A stretch of DNA of 64,000 nucleotides from Longimicrobiales bacterium (GTDB lineage Bacteria; Gemmatimonadota; Gemmatimonadetes; Longimicrobiales; Gaopeijiaceae). The position numbers and the translations under genes are program-made. The stretch is taken from contig CBDBCF010000001.1 of NCBI GenBank assembly GCA_965202985.1, positions 1,632,001 through 1,696,000 of the forward strand. The letters are read 5' to 3'. Positions 48,082 to 58,508 of the stretch are shown piece after piece. The first letter of the stretch is position 1. Each line of letters starts with the position of its first letter. The notes below the pieces were generated by a model, which saw only the letters and a program-made list of their open reading frames with translations, was not told the origin of the DNA and did no database searches.

Positions 48082-50063
48082 CGCGCGGCGCCGCCGTCGT
48101 TGCGCCGGTACGCCACCAGCCCGCCCCCTGCGCCGCCCAGGATCAAGTCCAGGTCCCCGTCGCCGTCCCAATCGGCGAAGGCGGGCGTCGCGAACGGGGG
48201 GACGTCGCGGGCGAACGGCGGGCCTTCCACGAAGACGGGCCCGGCGGCGGCGTGCGGTCCGCCGTCGGCGCCGCGTTCCGTTGCCGGGCCGCGGTCGGCT
48301 GCGTCGCTGTCGCCTCCGGTCTCGTTCAAGAACAATCGAAGTCCGTCGCTTTCGGAACCCACGGCCATGTCCAGGTCCCCGTCGCCGTCCAAGTCGGTGA
48401 ACGCGGGCGCGCTCCGGCGTCCCACGTCGATCTCCAGGAACCGGTCCGAGACCAGCCGAAAGTCGGGTGCGCGCGGTCCGCCGTCGTTCCGGTAGTAGTT
48501 GAGGACGCCCGACGCCTCGCCCACCATGAGGTCCAGGTCTCCGTCGCCGTCCAAGTCGGCCAGCGCCGGAGTCGTGTTGCGGCCGCGGGTCAGGACGGCC
48601 GCTGCCGAATCCACCAGGGTCCAGCGGGGCAGGAGGCCTTCGCCGGGGCCGTCGTTCCGGTAGTAGGCGATGCGGTCGCGCCACTCGCCCAGGAGCAGGT
48701 CCGGGTCGCCGTCGCCGTCCAGGTCTCCGAAGGCGGGGGCGTAATGGTACGCCTGGGGCAGTCCGGGCACGGCGCCGCGCGCGGCGAAGGCGGCTGCCCG
48801 CGGAGAGCCCGTGTTCTCGAAGACATAGAGTCCCCCCGTGCGCGGGTGGTCCGGCTCGATCTTGTTGGACACCAGCAGGTCCAAGTCGCCGTCGCCGTCC
48901 AGGTCCGAGAAGGCGGGGATCGACTCGCTGCCCACGTCCAACGTGCGGATCAGGCGGGTGGTCGCTGCGTGGAAGGCGCCGTCCTGGTCCTGGTCGAAGC
49001 GGTGCAGGTTCTCGATCGTGGTGCGGTTCGGGTTGAAGGCGCCGCCCAGCACGCCCATGACCAAGTCCACGTCGCCGTCCGCGTCCAGGTCGCCCAAGGC
49101 CGGCGCGTTGTAGCCCGACGTGCGCACCGGGTTCCCCGGCGGAAAGGGCTGCGGTTGTCCGCGCAGGACTGGCCGCGCGCACGACCCCGTGTTCTCGATG
49201 AACAGAAGGCCGGGTTCGAAGAAGTCCCCCCAGAACAGGTCCTGGTCGCCGTCCTGGTCCACGTCGCCCAAGGCCATCGTGTTGGCGCCGTGCAGGCTGC
49301 CGCCCTGAAGCGCCGCCACGATCTCGATGTCCTCGAACGAGTCGGTGACGTGCCGGAAGCGGGGCACGCCGTCCGGGTCCATGGTCTCGGCCTCGTACCG
49401 CGTGATCGTGCCGGTCAAGCGGCCCACCAAGAGGTCCAAGCGGCCGTCGCAGTCGATATCCGCCGCGTTCGGAATGTTCTGGCGGTCGGAGAAGACGGCG
49501 GCGCCGTCAACGTCGCGGAGCGTGTCGGTCGCCAGCACGTACGACGCCCGTCCCGCGCCTCCGTCGTTGCGGTAGTAGCGAATGTGGCTGAAGGGCTCTT
49601 CGGCCAGCAGGTCCAGGTCGCCGTCCAAGTCCACGTCGGCGAAGCGAAACCACTCGCCCACGGCCAAGTCCCCGAAGGCGTCGGTCGCCCATCGCCAGCG
49701 GACGCTCCCGGCTTCGGTCCCCTCGGCCTCGACGCCCTCGTTCTCGAAGTAGGCGACGCGGCCCGCGTACTCCTGAAGGAACAGGTCCAGGTCGCCGTCA
49801 CCGTCGGCGTCGGCCAACTGGGGTCGGGGCAGGTTGTAGCCGCCCAGGAAGGGGTGGTCGTGGGGCTGGCCGAGGCTGTCGAGAACTTGGACGCCGTAGA
49901 CCACGCGCTCCCAAGAGGGCGGGCCGGAAAGGGCCGGACCGGGGCCGGGCGACGAGGGTTCCGGGGCGCCCGAGCCGGCGGCGCACCCGCCGACCAGCGC
50001 AGTCGCGCACACCGCCAGGGCGGCCGTCGCGCGCTGCCGGACCGCCGGCCGCCCGAGCGTCAT
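48078..50063 (-). CDS. FG-GAP/VCBS repeat lipoprotein
   Basis: Lipobox-like VGGC; about 10 DxDGDGDxDL repeats. Confidence 0.88.
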   Translation of the reverse strand: MTLGRPAVRQRATAALAVCATALVGGCAAGSGAPEPSSPGPGPALSGPPSWERVVYGVQVLDSLGQPHDHPFLGGYNLPRPQLADADGDGDLDLFLQEYAGRVAYFENEGVEAEGTEAGSVRWRWATDAFGDLAVGEWFRFADVDLDGDLDLLAEEPFSHIRYYRNDGGAGRASYVLATDTLRDVDGAAVFSDRQNIPNAADIDCDGRLDLLVGRLTGTITRYEAETMDPDGVPRFRHVTDSFEDIEIVAALQGGSLHGANTMALGDVDQDGDQDLFWGDFFEPGLLFIENTGSCARPVLRGQPQPFPPGNPVRTSGYNAPALGDLDADGDVDLVMGVLGGAFNPNRTTIENLHRFDQDQDGAFHAATTRLIRTLDVGSESIPAFSDLDGDGDLDLLVSNKIEPDHPRTGGLYVFENTGSPRAAAFAARGAVPGLPQAYHYAPAFGDLDGDGDPDLLLGEWRDRIAYYRNDGPGEGLLPRWTLVDSAAAVLTRGRNTTPALADLDGDGDLDLMVGEASGVLNYYRNDGGPRAPDFRLVSDRFLEIDVGRRSAPAFTDLDGDGDLDMAVGSESDGLRLFLNETGGDSDAADRGPATERGADGGPHAAAGPVFVEGPPFARDVPPFATPAFADWDGDGDLDLILGGAGGGLVAYRRNDGGAAR

Positions 50064-51181
50064 CCGCCCGCCGGAGCCGGTCCTGCGGAGATGCCGGCCG
50101 GGTAGGCGCCGACCTCGATCGTCTGCACGACCTCCAGCGTGCGCGTGTCGATCTTCACGACCGTGCCCACCTGGGCGTTGTCTTCCACGGGCCGGATAGG
50201 AACATACGTTCCCTTCTGGTTCCGGTTGGACACGAAGAGCCAGCGACCGTCGCCAGCGATTGCGCTGCCGTGGGGCTCGGCGATACCCGGCGCCGTGATG
50301 CGCTTCGCGACCGTCCAGCCGTCCGTCTCCACCACGACCACGGCGTCGTCGTCCTTGGCGCCGAAGTAGACGCGCCCTCCGTCCGGGGAATAGGCGGGAT
50401 GCCACGGCTGGGCGCCGACATCGATCTCGCGGATCAGCCGAAGGTCGGGTTCTTCCGCGTCGAAGACGAGGAGCTTGCCGGTGAGCTGGGCGGTGGCGAC
50501 CAAGCGGCGGCCGTCCGGCGCCAGGGCGAACTGCACGAAGGTGTGGGCCGGGCCGTCCACGTCCACCAAGTTGATCTCGCCCGAGGCGGGGGCCAGCACG
50601 GCGATGCGGTTCTCGGCCAGGGAGGCCGCGAAGACGCGGTCGCGGCGGCCGTCCACGGCCAGGGCATGGGGTCGGGGGAAGAAAACGTCCAGCTCTTCCA
50701 CGTCCATCGTGGCGCGGTCCATGGCACCGATGCGGCGAGGGGGGCTCACCGCCATCATCGACCGTCCGACGTAGAGCGTGCCCGACGCCGGGTCGGCCAC
50801 GAGCAGGCCGGGCGTCTCGAACGGCGCGCGACCCGCCGGTTCGCCGTCGGCGGTGAAGCGCAGCACGTGGCCTCCGCCGATCAGAGACACGTACCAGTGG
50901 CCGCCGTCCGGATCCACGGCCGTGTCGTGAGGACGCGAGTCGGGACCGAAGCCGTGCTCCGCCAGGTCCACGGTGTAGGCGACTTGGCCCGACTCCACGT
51001 CGATCACCGAGACGCTGGCCGAAGCCTGGTTGGCGACGTAGAGCCGCTCGGCGCGCGCGGCTTGGCCCGTCGCGGCTTGGCCCGCCCAAGCCGGGGCCGG
51101 ACGGAGCACCGAGACGGCGAGCAGCGCGACGAGCGATCCGACGGCGGAAGCCGCCGCCGACAATGCCGGTCTGGGCGTCAC
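50060..51181 (-). CDS. YncE/YVTN beta-propeller protein
   Basis: Signal peptide; LYVANQ..ASVSVID, PH motifs, IEVGAYPAGI. Confidence 0.85.
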   Translation of the reverse strand: MTPRPALSAAASAVGSLVALLAVSVLRPAPAWAGQAATGQAARAERLYVANQASASVSVIDVESGQVAYTVDLAEHGFGPDSRPHDTAVDPDGGHWYVSLIGGGHVLRFTADGEPAGRAPFETPGLLVADPASGTLYVGRSMMAVSPPRRIGAMDRATMDVEELDVFFPRPHALAVDGRRDRVFAASLAENRIAVLAPASGEINLVDVDGPAHTFVQFALAPDGRRLVATAQLTGKLLVFDAEEPDLRLIREIDVGAQPWHPAYSPDGGRVYFGAKDDDAVVVVETDGWTVAKRITAPGIAEPHGSAIAGDGRWLFVSNRNQKGTYVPIRPVEDNAQVGTVVKIDTRTLEVVQTIEVGAYPAGISAGPAPAGG

Positions 51182-52953
51182 TTGCCTTTCTCCTTGGTCT
51201 GGAGGGCCTTTTCCTTGGTCCGGACAAGGATATCCGACGCTTCCACCAAAAGGGCCATGACCTTGTTGATCTGCCGCTGAATCTCGGTCTTAAGGAACGG
51301 CACGCGCTCCGGGTCGTCCTCTTCCATGGCCGCCAGCTCGCGGATGCGCGCCAGCTTGGGGATCGGAACCTGGGGCAGGGCGGGATCGTGCTCGTAGCGC
51401 TCGCCCTCGGCGTAGCCCAAGTGGACGAGCACCCGCGACAAGCGCAAAAGCGTCTCGTTGGCGGCGGCGGGTTCGATCTTGGCGGCGGCAACGTCGTCGT
51501 AGAACTTCTTGAGGCGCTCGCGGAGGCCGTCCAGCTCCCGGCGCAAGGGCAGCAGGCCGAAGCGCTTGTCCACGAGGACTTCGTACGACTCCAAGGCTTC
51601 GCTCAGTTCGTCGGCGGTCTCCCGAAAGTCCAGGGGGACGACTTCGTCGGTCAAGAAGCGGCCGATGGCGGTTGCGTAGACCCGCAAGTCCCGCTCCAAG
51701 TTGGCCCGGTCGGCCACGTCCAGCCGGTCCTTCTCCGTGTGCCAGGCGATGTTGCCGCCGCAGCCGCCCACGGGGTAGAACCCCAAGCGCTTCCGTTCCG
51801 CTTCGGGAATATTGGACAGAAGCATGAAGAACGACGTGAGCCCCAGCTGGTTGAACGAGTAGTCGCCCGCTCGCAGGGGCCGCTGGCGCCTGGGCTTGAC
51901 TCCGGTTGCCGACTTGATCGACTCGCTGCAGACGGCGCCCGCCTCCGCCATCCACGGCACTTCGTCGTACTCGGTGGCCTGCCAGCAGCCGGGCGAGTCG
52001 ATGTTCACGGTGGCCACGCACCGGCGCGAGAGCTCCAAGGCGTGGGCGTCCGCGTACCAAGCGGAGCCGCCGTAGCGCCCCGTGGAGTGGCCGGGCCACC
52101 AGGCGATCCGCACCGAGCGCCGGAGCAAGCCCCGGTTCTCGTGGAAGATGCGGGCCAGCTCGAGGAGCGTCGCGTCGCCCGTGGCGTTGTCGCCGATCCC
52201 CACGTCCCACGAGTCGTAGTGACCGTGCACCAGCACGAAGTCCTCGTCTCGCCCGTCGATTCGGGCCACGGGGACCAGGCAAGGATACCAGCCTTTCTGC
52301 AGCTCCGTTCGAATCGTGATCTTGGCGGCACCGCTCCAGACCGACTTCAGGAGACGGTCGCCGTCGGGACGGTTGATGGCGGCGACTGGCGTTTTGGGCA
52401 GGCGCGAAAGCTGGGAGTCGCCCGGGGCGCCCCAGATGCGCGTGCAGATGCCCCAGTGGATGCGGCTGCCCGGGTTGATGTACACCTGACCTACTGCGCC
52501 CGCGTCTTCCAGACGAGCGACCGATGCCGGCATGGGGAAGCCCTCGGTGACGACGATCTTGCCCTCGACCTCGGGCGGCGGATCGTCTGGGGCGGCCTCG
52601 AACAGGCCCTCGGTGTCGCGGACCGGTTCGGCGCGGAGGTGGTACGGCGGAGCGGTCAAGCCGCTGGCCGGCGTCGATGCGGCGAAAGCGGGCGGCTTGG
52701 CGTCGTAGGTGTTCTTGCCGGAGGCGACCGAAGCGGACCGAGGGATCGACAGGTACAGGTCCGGCTCGTGCAGCTCGCACCGAATGCCCATCGACTCCAG
52801 GCGCGTCGCGATGAAGTTGGCCGCCGCTCGTTCTTCGGGAGTGCCCGATTCCCTGACGAGTATGGAGAAACGATCCAGCAGGCTCCAACCTTGGTCGAAG
52901 GATACGCTGGCAAGAAGGGATTCTATCGGGTTCTGCTCTGTTTCGTCTGACAT
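51178..52953 (-). CDS. M28-family peptidase
   Basis: RESGTPEE, LVHGHYDSW, DNATG, WWPGHSTGRY, NIDSPG, WHTEKD. Confidence 0.85.
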   Translation of the reverse strand: MSDETEQNPIESLLASVSFDQGWSLLDRFSILVRESGTPEERAAANFIATRLESMGIRCELHEPDLYLSIPRSASVASGKNTYDAKPPAFAASTPASGLTAPPYHLRAEPVRDTEGLFEAAPDDPPPEVEGKIVVTEGFPMPASVARLEDAGAVGQVYINPGSRIHWGICTRIWGAPGDSQLSRLPKTPVAAINRPDGDRLLKSVWSGAAKITIRTELQKGWYPCLVPVARIDGRDEDFVLVHGHYDSWDVGIGDNATGDATLLELARIFHENRGLLRRSVRIAWWPGHSTGRYGGSAWYADAHALELSRRCVATVNIDSPGCWQATEYDEVPWMAEAGAVCSESIKSATGVKPRRQRPLRAGDYSFNQLGLTSFFMLLSNIPEAERKRLGFYPVGGCGGNIAWHTEKDRLDVADRANLERDLRVYATAIGRFLTDEVVPLDFRETADELSEALESYEVLVDKRFGLLPLRRELDGLRERLKKFYDDVAAAKIEPAAANETLLRLSRVLVHLGYAEGERYEHDPALPQVPIPKLARIRELAAMEEDDPERVPFLKTEIQRQINKVMALLVEASDILVRTKEKALQTKEKGK

Positions 52954-52998
52954 GACCGTTGCCGCTGGCGGCGGATTGGGAGGAAAAAGGCGGCGGGT

Positions 52999-53484
52999 TC
53001 AGCCCGAAGGCGGAGGGCTCAGCCTGGAGAAGTGGTACTGCACGATCTTCCATCCGCCCTCGGCGTGCACGCGAGTCTCGGAGTAGCGCCACGTGCCCGA
53101 GATCGAAGGCTGGTCGCCGGGCAGGTGGAGGGTTCCGTCCACGTAGGCGACCGACGCGGCCGTGGCGCCGTGGACCTGCACGTCCAGATCGCGAACCGAG
53201 ACTTCGGCGCGCAAGCCGGCCTCGTAGGCCAACCGGAGGGCGGCGGCGTTGAAGCCGCGCGCCAGGGGAGCTCCCTGCAGGAAGAAGCCGCGAACGCCGT
53301 CGCGATAGTGGGCGGCCAGGCGCTCGAAGTCGCCGCTGGACCACGCGTCGAGCGTCTCCGACACGGCGGCGCGCACCTCGACGGCGGGCTGGGCGGACGC
53401 GGCTTGGGGCGTCGCGAGCCAGGCGAACGCCAGCAGCGTCGCGAGCCGTCCCGCGACGGTCGATCGCTGTCCAAGGGTCGTCAC
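52999..53484 (-). CDS. NTF2/SnoaL-like (YybH/DUF4440) secreted protein
   Basis: GAGGAGG RBS, signal peptide, LDVQVHG, GGWKIVQYHFS. Confidence 0.78.
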   Translation of the reverse strand: MTTLGQRSTVAGRLATLLAFAWLATPQAASAQPAVEVRAAVSETLDAWSSGDFERLAAHYRDGVRGFFLQGAPLARGFNAAALRLAYEAGLRAEVSVRDLDVQVHGATAASVAYVDGTLHLPGDQPSISGTWRYSETRVHAEGGWKIVQYHFSRLSPPPSG

Positions 53485-53666
53485 CGCATCCTCCTCTCCG
53501 CTCCCGCTTGAGTTCGGGGGACCGGTTCGCACCCGTTCAAGCGGCCCATCTACTATAATCGTTCCCGCAACCCTTCTCGGCCCGCCCCCTTCGGCGTTCG
53601 GTCGGCGTCGCAAGACTTGGACCCGGTCCGAGCGCCTATTGCGGGCGGCGCGACCGCGACATTCGC

Positions 53667-55775
53667 ATGTCCCATTCCCGCTGGCGGCTTCCGAGCCTTA
53701 CCGTCGCGGTTTCGGCGCTCCTGGGCTGGGGCGTCGCCGCTTGGGTGGACTTGGCGCCCCGCGTGGAGGCCGACTTCTTCTTCGCGCCGGGAGACCCGCA
53801 GCTTCGGGAGTCGCGGGAGCTGATTGCGCGCTACCCCGGCGCGGGCACGGGAGACGCCGTGATCGTGCGGGCCGCGGCTCCGGCCACGGACTCGGAGTCG
53901 TACAGGGACCGGATCGACGCCCTGGGCCGGGCGCTGGCGGAAGTTCCCGGTGTCGCGAGCGTCTATTCGATTGCCGACCAAGACCGGACGAGCCCGTTCT
54001 GGAGCCGGATATTGGCCCCTGCGCCGGCGCGGGCGACGAACGTGATCGCCGTGCTGGAGGCGGAGCGGTCGGGGGGCGGCGTTGTGGATGCGGGCCCTGG
54101 TGCGGCCCCTGGCGTGGATGCGAGCGCCTTGATTCGGCGGCTCGAAGCGGTGTTGGAGGCTCACGAGGAAGACGACTTTGTGCTGCTGGCTTCGGGGACG
54201 CCGGTGGTCGTCGAACTCATCCGCAGGGGTTTGGCGCGGGACTTGGCGGTCTTCAGCACGGCGGCGCTCCTGCTGTTCGGTCTGGTGGCGATGGTGTTGT
54301 ACCGGGATGCGCGGCTCGTGGCCGGAACGCTGCTCTCGTGTCTCTGCGCCTGCGCCGGCACGTTGCTCGCGGCCCGGGCCTTCGGAATAGGGGTCGGGCT
54401 CCTGACGGCCAACATCGTGACGATCGTCTTCGTCCTTACGCTGTCGCACACGGTGTTCATCGTGGCCAACTGGCGGCGAGGGGGCGGCGCGGCCCAGGCC
54501 CTGGCGCGGACGATCGGGCCCTCGACGTGGTGCATGGCCACGACGGCCGCCGGGTTTCTCAGCCTGTGGACCACGTCGGCGCAGCCGCTTCGGGAGCTGG
54601 GCACCGCGGGCGCCCTGGGCACGGTCGTGGCGGCGGCGTCCGCGTTCGGCGTGCTGCCGGCGTGGCTGGGCGCGGCAAGGCGGTCGGCCTCGAAGGCGCG
54701 ACTGCCGCGTTCGCCGTTCGAGTCGAGGCTGCCCTTGATCCTTGGCGTAGTTGCCGTGGGCGTCGTTGGACTTGGGGTGCTTCGGCTGGACACCGACCCG
54801 AGCTTGCTGAGCTACTTCAACGCCGACGGACCGATCCGGTCGGGCCTGGAGGTCGTCGATCGGGAAGGGGGCAGCAGTCCGCTGTTGCTGGCTGTGGGCG
54901 CCGCAGACGGAGGGCGGTTGGACACGGGCGAAGGCTACGAGCGGATGTGGCGGTTCCAGGATTCGCTGGAAGCCGACCCGGCCACGGGAACCGTTCTGTC
55001 GCCGGCCCCGCTCCTTGCGCACGCGCGGACGCTGCCCCTTGCGGGGTTCCTGCCCGTGTCGTTGCTGGTGGACTTTCTGAACCGGCCCGAGTTCGGGGCC
55101 GTGGGGCGCGGGTTCGCGAGCGAGGACAGGACCGAGGTGCTGTATGCGGTCCGCATGAAGGAGGGCGGCAGGACGGAGCCGCGGGATTCGGTGGCCGCGC
55201 GGCTGGCGGCCCACGCGGGGGCGGCGGGGCTGGCCGTGAACGCGACCGGCGGGCTGTACGAGCTGCAGGATCGGCTGGGCACGCTGATCGCCGGAAGCCT
55301 CAAGGTCGGGCTCGGCGGGCTCTTGGCGCTGTTCCTGCTGGTCGGCGCGGGCGTGGCGCGCAACGCCGCGACGGCCCTGGCCATGCTCGCGTGCCTGTTG
55401 GCGGTGCCGTTGACCGTGCTGGGAACGTTCGGCCATGCCGGCGTGGCCGTGGACATCATCACGTCGCCCGCGGCGAGCGTAGCGCTCGCGATGGGCGTGG
55501 ACTCGATGATCCACCTGACCAGCAGGGTGCGCAGAATCGACGGAGGCGCGGCGCGTATCGGCGGCTCTTGGCAAGCGGCCAGGGCCGAACTCGCGGCCCC
55601 CGTAGCCACCGCGTGCGTGGTCATCTGCGCCGGGTTCGGCGTCTTTGCGTTCTCGGACTTTCCGCCGACGCGGCGCTTCGGGCTTGCGGTGGTGCTGGGC
55701 ACGGTTGCGGCCACGACCGCCGCGCTGGGCGCCTTGCCCAGGTTGATGACGCGGCAGCGGGTGGACGCAGCGTAG
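53667..55775 (+). CDS. MMPL/RND-superfamily transporter
   Basis: Two repeats of a periplasmic loop plus TM cluster; TTAAGFLSL, MGVDSMIH, FSDFPPTRRFG. Confidence 0.85.
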   Translation: MSHSRWRLPSLTVAVSALLGWGVAAWVDLAPRVEADFFFAPGDPQLRESRELIARYPGAGTGDAVIVRAAAPATDSESYRDRIDALGRALAEVPGVASVYSIADQDRTSPFWSRILAPAPARATNVIAVLEAERSGGGVVDAGPGAAPGVDASALIRRLEAVLEAHEEDDFVLLASGTPVVVELIRRGLARDLAVFSTAALLLFGLVAMVLYRDARLVAGTLLSCLCACAGTLLAARAFGIGVGLLTANIVTIVFVLTLSHTVFIVANWRRGGGAAQALARTIGPSTWCMATTAAGFLSLWTTSAQPLRELGTAGALGTVVAAASAFGVLPAWLGAARRSASKARLPRSPFESRLPLILGVVAVGVVGLGVLRLDTDPSLLSYFNADGPIRSGLEVVDREGGSSPLLLAVGAADGGRLDTGEGYERMWRFQDSLEADPATGTVLSPAPLLAHARTLPLAGFLPVSLLVDFLNRPEFGAVGRGFASEDRTEVLYAVRMKEGGRTEPRDSVAARLAAHAGAAGLAVNATGGLYELQDRLGTLIAGSLKVGLGGLLALFLLVGAGVARNAATALAMLACLLAVPLTVLGTFGHAGVAVDIITSPAASVALAMGVDSMIHLTSRVRRIDGGAARIGGSWQAARAELAAPVATACVVICAGFGVFAFSDFPPTRRFGLAVVLGTVAATTAALGALPRLMTRQRVDAA

Positions 55776-55782
55776 GGGTGGC

Positions 55783-56481
55783 CTACCGTTCCATCGCGTC
55801 GAGCTTGGGGTCGAAGTTGTCAAACGCCGACCGCACCAGCAGGAAGCCGACGCCCAAAGCGACGCCGGCGACGACGAGCACTGCGCCGGTCGCGAGCGCG
55901 ACGAGCCGACCCGGGCCAGCCTCGAGTGCCCAGCGCGCCCAGTCTTCCGGAGTGCTGAGCACCTCGTCGGCCACCAGTGTTGCAAATATCATTACCGTCG
56001 CGAAGGTGGCTACCCGTTGCGGGCTGTACTTTGCCACGGCGCCCGTGGCCAGGCAGGCCAAGGAACCACCGACCAACCACACGGACAGTGCCGCGCCCAG
56101 CCCCCATTCGAGCCGGTCTTCCAGGCCGAGGGAAGGCGCTGCGGTCCGGCCCATGAGCACGCCGGCGACGGCGGCCATGGGCAGAATGAAGAGAAAGTTT
56201 GCCATGAACCGGGCGCCTGCGACGGTAGCGCCGCGCACCGGCAACGACGCAACAAACTCCATCGTCCCTTCCAGCTTGTCTCTCAGGGTCGCGCCGACAA
56301 CGGCGCCAGCCGGCACCGCGGTAGCAACCATCAGAAAAAAGACTACGGCTTCGGACGTGGCTTTGCCGATCGCGACGAAGACGGCCAGACCGACCACCAG
56401 CAGGCCGTAGGAACGCAAGGTCGGCGTGGTGGCCCGGCGGATTTCCAGTCGCAGAAGGCGGCTAGTCTTGGGAGGGATCAT
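55783..56481 (-). CDS. ABC-2-type transporter permease
   Basis: About 6 TM segments; DKLEGTMEFVASLPVR motif; overlaps the ATPase 3' end. Confidence 0.8.
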   Translation of the reverse strand: MIPPKTSRLLRLEIRRATTPTLRSYGLLVVGLAVFVAIGKATSEAVVFFLMVATAVPAGAVVGATLRDKLEGTMEFVASLPVRGATVAGARFMANFLFILPMAAVAGVLMGRTAAPSLGLEDRLEWGLGAALSVWLVGGSLACLATGAVAKYSPQRVATFATVMIFATLVADEVLSTPEDWARWALEAGPGRLVALATGAVLVVAGVALGVGFLLVRSAFDNFDPKLDAMER

Positions 56482-57187
56482 GGGACTCCAGCGCTTCGTA
56501 CAAGATGCGGGAAAGGGGACTGTCGGGGTCGCGCCCCTGCAGTTCCTCCACGGATGCGTCGTCGACGAGCAGACCACGGCGAATCAAGACCACGCGATCT
56601 GCGATCTGCTCAATGTCTTCCAGGATGTGGCTGGAGAATAGGACGAGTCGTTCGCCGCCGCGTGGAACACAGTCGTTGATCACCGCCAGGAGCTGTCCGC
56701 GCATCAGGGGATCGATCGCCGAAGTCGGCTCGTCCAGGATCAGCACCGGTGGACGGTGGGCTTCGGCCGCCACCAAGGACAGCTTCACGCCCATCCCCTT
56801 CGAGAGTGTGCCGACCTTGGAATCCGACGGGAGCTCCAGCCGCCGAAGAAGATCTTGCGCGTACTCGTGATCCCACGACGGAAAGAACGTAGACAGGAAA
56901 GTGAGGTGCTCGGCCACGGTCATCCAGCCAAAGCCCTGCGCCTTCTCGGGAAGGAAGCCGATCTTCTCCCGGATCTCGGGCAGCTGGGAACGCACTTCGG
57001 CGCCGCCGACCTCCACTCGGCCGTCGTACTCTCTCGAACGGCCCCCGATTGCTTTCAGCGTGGTGCTTTTCCCGGCCCCGTTCGCGCCGATCATAGCCAC
57101 GCGCTCCCCTTGCCGTATGTGCAGGTTCATCGGCTCCAGGAAGAAGTTCGGAAAACGAACGCTGAAGTCCTTCAGGCGAATGTCCAT
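56462..57187 (-). CDS. ABC transporter ATP-binding protein
   Basis: Walker A GANGAGKST, signature LSKGM, Walker B LILDEPT, H-loop FSSH. Confidence 0.92.
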   Translation of the reverse strand: MDIRLKDFSVRFPNFFLEPMNLHIRQGERVAMIGANGAGKSTTLKAIGGRSREYDGRVEVGGAEVRSQLPEIREKIGFLPEKAQGFGWMTVAEHLTFLSTFFPSWDHEYAQDLLRRLELPSDSKVGTLSKGMGVKLSLVAAEAHRPPVLILDEPTSAIDPLMRGQLLAVINDCVPRGGERLVLFSSHILEDIEQIADRVVLIRRGLLVDDASVEELQGRDPDSPLSRILYEALESHDPSQD

Positions 57188-57212
57188 GCGAGCATCCGGC
57201 GCGCGCGCCGGT

Positions 57213-57881
57213 CTAGAGGAGGAAAAGGCGGGCCATGCCCAGAGCAACGAGAATGAACCATAACAACGCGGCCAGGCCCGCCGCCGACCATCGGCCCAGA
57301 TCGACGACGCGTCGGAAGCCCATAAACAGAAAGACGAACCAGGCCGCGTGAAGCAGCGTGACGCTCTGAGCGGCGGCGGCGAGAACCGGCTGACTCGGCG
57401 TAACCAGAGCCCCCAGACCAAGGCCGGCCTGCAGATCCTGGGGAGATGCGACCGCTCCATCGCTCGTGAAGCGAAGGAGCACGGCTGTGGCTATGCCATG
57501 AGCGGCCAGGATGGCCTCCCCGTAGAGCAAGAGAGAGAAGATGCGGCGGAAGGGCCGGTCTGTGTTGGTCAGTACCAAGATCGCCCACGCCAACGCTGCG
57601 AACAAGAGCGCCTTGATTCCGTTCAGAACGGGTCCGGCCAAGGCCCCCAGCCATATCAAGACCTCTGCGAATGCGGCTTGCTCTCCGGACGTCGCAACCG
57701 CGACGAACGGGAGCAAAGCATATGCCGACGCCAGCGACAACAGCCAGGCCGCCGCGAGCGGCGCAAACACGGGCCGATGCTGCCGTATCTCGCCCATGCC
57801 CGGCACCAGAAGACTTCCGAATCTCTTGGCGCCTGCACCGAATCGCGTTGCGCCGATTGCGTTCAGGATCGTCATGTTCAC
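57213..57881 (-). CDS. Yip1-like integral membrane protein
   Basis: 222 aa, about 5 TM segments, PFRRIFSLLLYG, W..FL..GFRR...LGRW..A; AAGGAG RBS; coupled to the upstream gene. Confidence 0.7.
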   Translation of the reverse strand: MNMTILNAIGATRFGAGAKRFGSLLVPGMGEIRQHRPVFAPLAAAWLLSLASAYALLPFVAVATSGEQAAFAEVLIWLGALAGPVLNGIKALLFAALAWAILVLTNTDRPFRRIFSLLLYGEAILAAHGIATAVLLRFTSDGAVASPQDLQAGLGLGALVTPSQPVLAAAAQSVTLLHAAWFVFLFMGFRRVVDLGRWSAAGLAALLWFILVALGMARLFLL

Positions 57882-58402
57882 TCCTTGTCGTACCAGTGGA
57901 TGGTGGATTGAAGGTTGGCGACGATGGCGTGCCGGACGCTTCGGCCAACCTCTACGAATCGGACCGTGTCGCGCGCGTCCACCCAGAACGTGGTCGGAAC
58001 CGCGATCACGCCGAGCGCCTCTGCCAGCTCGCCGTCAACGTCGCGAACCGTTCTTCGGCGAAGAGACGGCGGTATCCACCGAGCCGAGTCCATGGCCGAC
58101 TTCGGTGAAGCGACAATCCATCGCTCGATCCGGGTCATCTCGGGCGTCATCGCCTCCCAGAGGTCGAGTTCAGCCTTGCAGTGCACGCACGCGCGGTCCA
58201 CGTACATGATCGCTGCCGGTCCCGCGATGCGCAAGTCGGCGCCTAGGGTCGCATTCCAAGACCAAGGCGGCTCGTTCGATCCCGCCTCCGGTGCCGATCG
58301 CCTGGCAAGAGCCGCGGGCAACAAGATCGCCGCTGCAATGCATGGAAGGATCAACCATGCCAGCAGCTTCTTCTTCCACACCGAGTGTTCTCCTGAGGTC
58401 AT
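57878..58402 (-). CDS. Membrane-anchored thioredoxin-fold (TlpA/DsbE-like) CxxC protein
   Basis: N-terminal TM segment, active site CVHC, cis-Pro motif LGVIAVPTTFWVD; start at ATG 58402 or GTG 58381. Confidence 0.8.
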   Translation of the reverse strand: MTSGEHSVWKKKLLAWLILPCIAAAILLPAALARRSAPEAGSNEPPWSWNATLGADLRIAGPAAIMYVDRACVHCKAELDLWEAMTPEMTRIERWIVASPKSAMDSARWIPPSLRRRTVRDVDGELAEALGVIAVPTTFWVDARDTVRFVEVGRSVRHAIVANLQSTIHWYDKE

Positions 58403-58508
58403 TTCGAAAGTTCCTCCTGACCAGAATGGTTCGTTCCCTGTTGGCCTGGGCGCGTCCGAAAAACGCGCCCAGGCCAACAAATGTGCGGCTATCCGACCTG
58501 ACGATGCC

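Noticed and set aside
53667..55775. MMPL/RND transporter as part of the peptide cluster
   Set aside because: It is on the opposite (convergent) strand with backbone-like composition, and only adjacency supports a link.
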